This document shows positions 17,775 to 21,127 of a stretch of DNA of 21,127 nt, one piece after another. Positions within the stretch are counted from its first letter, which is position 1, and the number at the start of each line of letters is the position of its first letter. Under the pieces are notes generated by a model, which worked only from the letters and a program-made list of their open reading frames with translations, did not search any database and was not told the origin of the DNA. The DNA is from Octopus sinensis (Eukaryota): contig NW_021823808.1 of NCBI RefSeq assembly GCF_006345805.1, positions 1 to 21,127 on the forward strand, given 5' to 3'. A program made the translations under genes and the position numbers.

Positions 17775-20700
17775 ATGATTTATACTTCTCAGCCCGATAT
17801 TGCCCAAAAAGTACCAACACCAGTCCCTTCCTACCTAACAGACGCAAGAAATGTAACATATTACCCAAAACACCTAGATCGAGAAGGAGTCCTCTTCCCT
17901 TGAACCGGAACCCAATCCCCAGCTAACCAACGAAATGAGACAACTTGCTTGTCAGGTCACAGCTACCCAACTAAACAAAATAAAAGCCCAAATAAGCACA
18001 TATCAACTAATCAAACGTGGATTACCAATCCCTTCTGAGCTCTTAGATGATTTAGGAATCATAAACCCACTTGTATTCCTAAAAAATAATCACCACTAGA
18101 AAATAGACATGAACATATTATTAAAAGAGCGGGAAAATATGTAATATAATTTATCGATTTTTCAGAATTAAACAACAATTAAAATATCGATCGGAAAGTC
18201 TGGCGGGAGTTTTGAACAGTCTTAGTGAGGACAATAAAATGAAGGCTTTGATCGAGTTGAAGGCGATTGGCCTGCTGGATCTCCAAAAGCACGTGCGGGA
18301 AGAAGTGTTGTGTGTGATGAAGGAGTCCTGCCGAATTGAGGGACCTGCCTTTGGTCGTCGAGTCAAGAGACAAAGCCTCCGTGATTCCAGAATAACAGAA
18401 AGAATGGAAAAACATGAAAAAATGGAATCCGAGAGACTAAGAAGACAACAATTTTTAGTTAAAATGTAAAAATTCTGATTTTTAGGAATTTTTGGGGAGA
18501 ATTCAGCAACATCAAAGGCAATTCCGTGAAAATATGCGAATTCGAGCAACCAAACTGGGCAAAGTGAACAAGGCCGTGTTAAACCACCACCTGACGAATG
18601 AACGAGAGCAAAAGAAAGAGGAGGATCGAATTCGGCGGGAAAGAATGCGTCGATTAATGGCAAATAAATAATTAAACACGTTTTTAGGAAGAGGATGAAG
18701 TGGGGTACCGAAAGTTGATAGATCAAAAGAAGGACACCCGATTGAAATACTTGTTGGAACAAACGGACGAATATATAGGGAATATGGCCAAGTTATTGCA
18801 GTCCCACATGTGTGATCGGTCATTGGGGGAGGAAGGACAGGACTGTTATTCCATTGCTCATTTTAATCGAGAAAAGATTCAAGTCCAGCCTACAATCCTC
18901 ACAGGCGGCACTTTGAAGTTGTATCAGATTGCTGGACTGGAGTGGATGGTGTCTCTTTATAACAACAATTTGAACGGTATTTTGGCAGATGAGATGGGTT
19001 TGGGCAAGACTATTCAGACTATTGCTCTTCTGGCCTATTTATTGGAACATAAGAGAATTCACGGTCCCCATTTGGTTGTGGTGCCCTTGTCGTAAGTGGT
19101 CGTGCTGATTGGAAGGACTTTGTCCAATTGGGTGAATGAGTTTGGTCGATGGGCACCTTCGATGGCTGTGGTGGCATATCGAGGGACCCCACAAGTGAGG
19201 AGGGAAGTCGGCTTAAGAATGAGATCTACAAATGTAAATGTGGTCATTACAACATATGATTATATCATAAAAGACAAAAATGTCCTTTCGAAGGTATCTT
19301 TTTTGACTAACAGGAAGATGAGGTGGGTTTATCTGGTCATCGATGAAGGACATCGTATGAAGAACCATCACTGTAAACTGACCAGTATTCTTTCCAGCAA
19401 ATTCCATGTCCCCTACCGACTGCTTCTAACGGGGACTCCTCTGCAGAACCGTCTTCCTGAACTCTGGGCTCTTTTAAACTTTATTCAGCCGACAATATTT
19501 AAATCCTGTGCCACGTTCGAGCAGTGGTTTAGTGCTCCATTTGCTAGTATGAATGAGCGGGTGGAACTTAACCAGGAAGAGTCACTTTTGGTAATTCGTC
19601 GACTCCACACGATTTTACGTCCATTTATCCTTCGAAGACTAAAAAAGGAAGTTGAATGTCAGTTGCCGGATAAAGTGGAATATATAATCAAATGTGCCCT
19701 CACTCCACTCCAGAGAATTATGTATACACATATGCAGAAGAATGGAGTAGTCCTCACATGTGATGAAAAGTCCAAAGTTGTTGGGAGGTCACTTTCTAAT
19801 ACTCTTATGCAATTACGGAAGATATGTAATCATCCTTTCATGTTTGAGTCGGTTGAAAAGTCGTTGGCACAGAAATTTGGAATGTCCAATGATATGGTCA
19901 CTGGGCCTCTTCTTTTCCGTGTTTCGGGAAAATTTGAAGTCCTTGACAGAATATTGCCCAAATTGAAAGCAGTGAATCGAAAATGTCTTGTTTTTTGTCA
20001 AATGACATCTTTAATGAATATTTTGGAGGATTATTTGAATATGAGGGATTTTTCTCACCTCAGATTGGACGGGTCTACCAAAGCTGAGGACAGGGAGTTC
20101 CTCTTGTCTCAGTTCAACGACCCCCAACTTGACACGTTTATATTCCTTCTGAGTACTCGGGCTGGTGGGTTGGGACTGAACTTACAAACTGCGGACACAG
20201 TGATAATATTTGACTCTGATTGGAATCCCCATCAAGACCTGCAGGCCGAAGACAGAGCACATCGGATTGGGCAGCTCAGACAAGTCACAGTACTTCGTCT
20301 AGTCACTGTTAATTCTGTGGAGGAAAGAATTCTTTCTGCTGCAAAGAATAAACTAAATATGGACGAGAAGGTCATTCGTGCTGGAATGTTTGACCAAAAG
20401 TCAACATCCGATCAAAGAAGGCAATTCTTGCAGAGTTTATTGGATCAGGACGGAGATGAGGTTAAGGACGCTGATTCTATCCACGACGATGAAGCCATCA
20501 ATGCTATGCTAATGAGGTCAAACGAGGAATATGAGTTGTTCACACAGATGGACTCCCAGCGTGAACAAATGGACAAACGTGACAATATTCCTTCAAGAGT
20601 AATCACCGAGGATGAACTCCCCCTTTGGCTTGTTCATTCGTCTTATGAAAAAGTGAACTCGCCAATTTGGGAACATTCTTTCTCACGGAGACGGGCACAA

Positions 20701-21127
20701 GTTGAGGAGGAGGATTCGAGTTTCTCAGAGGATTATGTGCCCAGTAGACCAAAGAGAGCAGTCAAGCCAACCCAGAGGGATATTGGTCAGCTCTTGAACG
20801 ATTTGTTGACATTTTTGATTGACTATCATGACGAGTAATGGTTTTAGTATAGTTAAGGGATGGCCGAGCATTGATTGATCCTTTCCTGGAATTGCCATCG
20901 AGGAGAGAGTTGCCTGACTATTACGAGATTATTAAAAAGCCAGTGGACATAAAGCGGATTAAGGTGTTGGGTGTGTTGTATTGTAGAGTCGAATCAAGTT
21001 GAAGAAATATACTTCATTGGAGGAGTTCTCTAAGGATGTTGTACTCATGTTTGAGAACGCCCAACTGTACAATATTGAGGAGTCTTTGATTTTTGAGGAT
21101 TCTGTTGAATTGTGTAAAGCATTCATT
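17775..21127 (+). CDS. SMARCA4: Brahma/BRG1-type SWI/SNF ATPase, copy 2. It has an intact frame from the ATG, and the window end cuts off the last ~25 codons.
   Basis: ATG 17775 ([14 protein letters not shown]...) is in frame. Removing the same nine introns (227 nt: 17853-17877, 18073-18099, 18141-18165, 18458-18485, 18660-18687, 19092-19115, 19294-19317, 20835-20857, 20964-20986) leaves 3126 nt, which is 1042 open codons. These include an intact bromodomain [23 protein letters not shown]...K|[29 protein letters not shown]. Confidence 0.96.
17805..21127 (+). repeat. Long direct repeat, right copy
   Basis: It matches 1-3325. The final ATTCATT at 21121-21127 aligns with 3319-3325, and the offset falls to 17,802 after the three indels. 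Confidence 0.99.

Noticed and set aside
1-21127. Genome-wide stop-codon reassignment (ciliate-like) to explain tiny introns and broken frames
   Set aside because: Brahma reads 1042 codons with no in-frame TAA or TAG under the standard code, and most breaks are indels rather than stops.
1-21127. tRNA, rRNA or snRNA genes
   Set aside because: I recognised none by eye. A covariance-model scan would be needed to exclude them.

Overview
This is AT-rich eukaryotic DNA, most likely from an animal with a compacted genome. It is not prokaryotic. The genes carry about 30 miniature spliceosomal introns, mostly 23-28 nt, and three of them appear to be GC-AG. A highly reduced parasite such as a myxozoan or dicyemid is my inference; it is not established. 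The window has a 17,804-bp periodicity: bases 1-3325 recur almost identically at 17805-21127, so it shows either a tandem segmental duplication or one and a fifth turns of a ~17.8-kb circle. The unit holds five housekeeping genes: Brahma/SMARCA4-type SWI/SNF ATPase (+), eIF3e (-), OSTM1 (-), PTPMT1 (-) and EEA1 (-). Transposon debris lies between the convergent 3' ends of Brahma and eIF3e: an integrase remnant, a hAT remnant, a LINE 3' end, and a ~3.5-kb Helitron with intact termini enclosing a ~17-copy 95-bp satellite. A second LINE RT fragment lies between eIF3e and OSTM1. Every gene between ~3060 and ~17500 has small indels, usually in homopolymers or dinucleotide runs. This most likely reflects consensus error but could be decay of a duplicated copy. 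Protein identifications come from my recall of family motifs, not from database searches.
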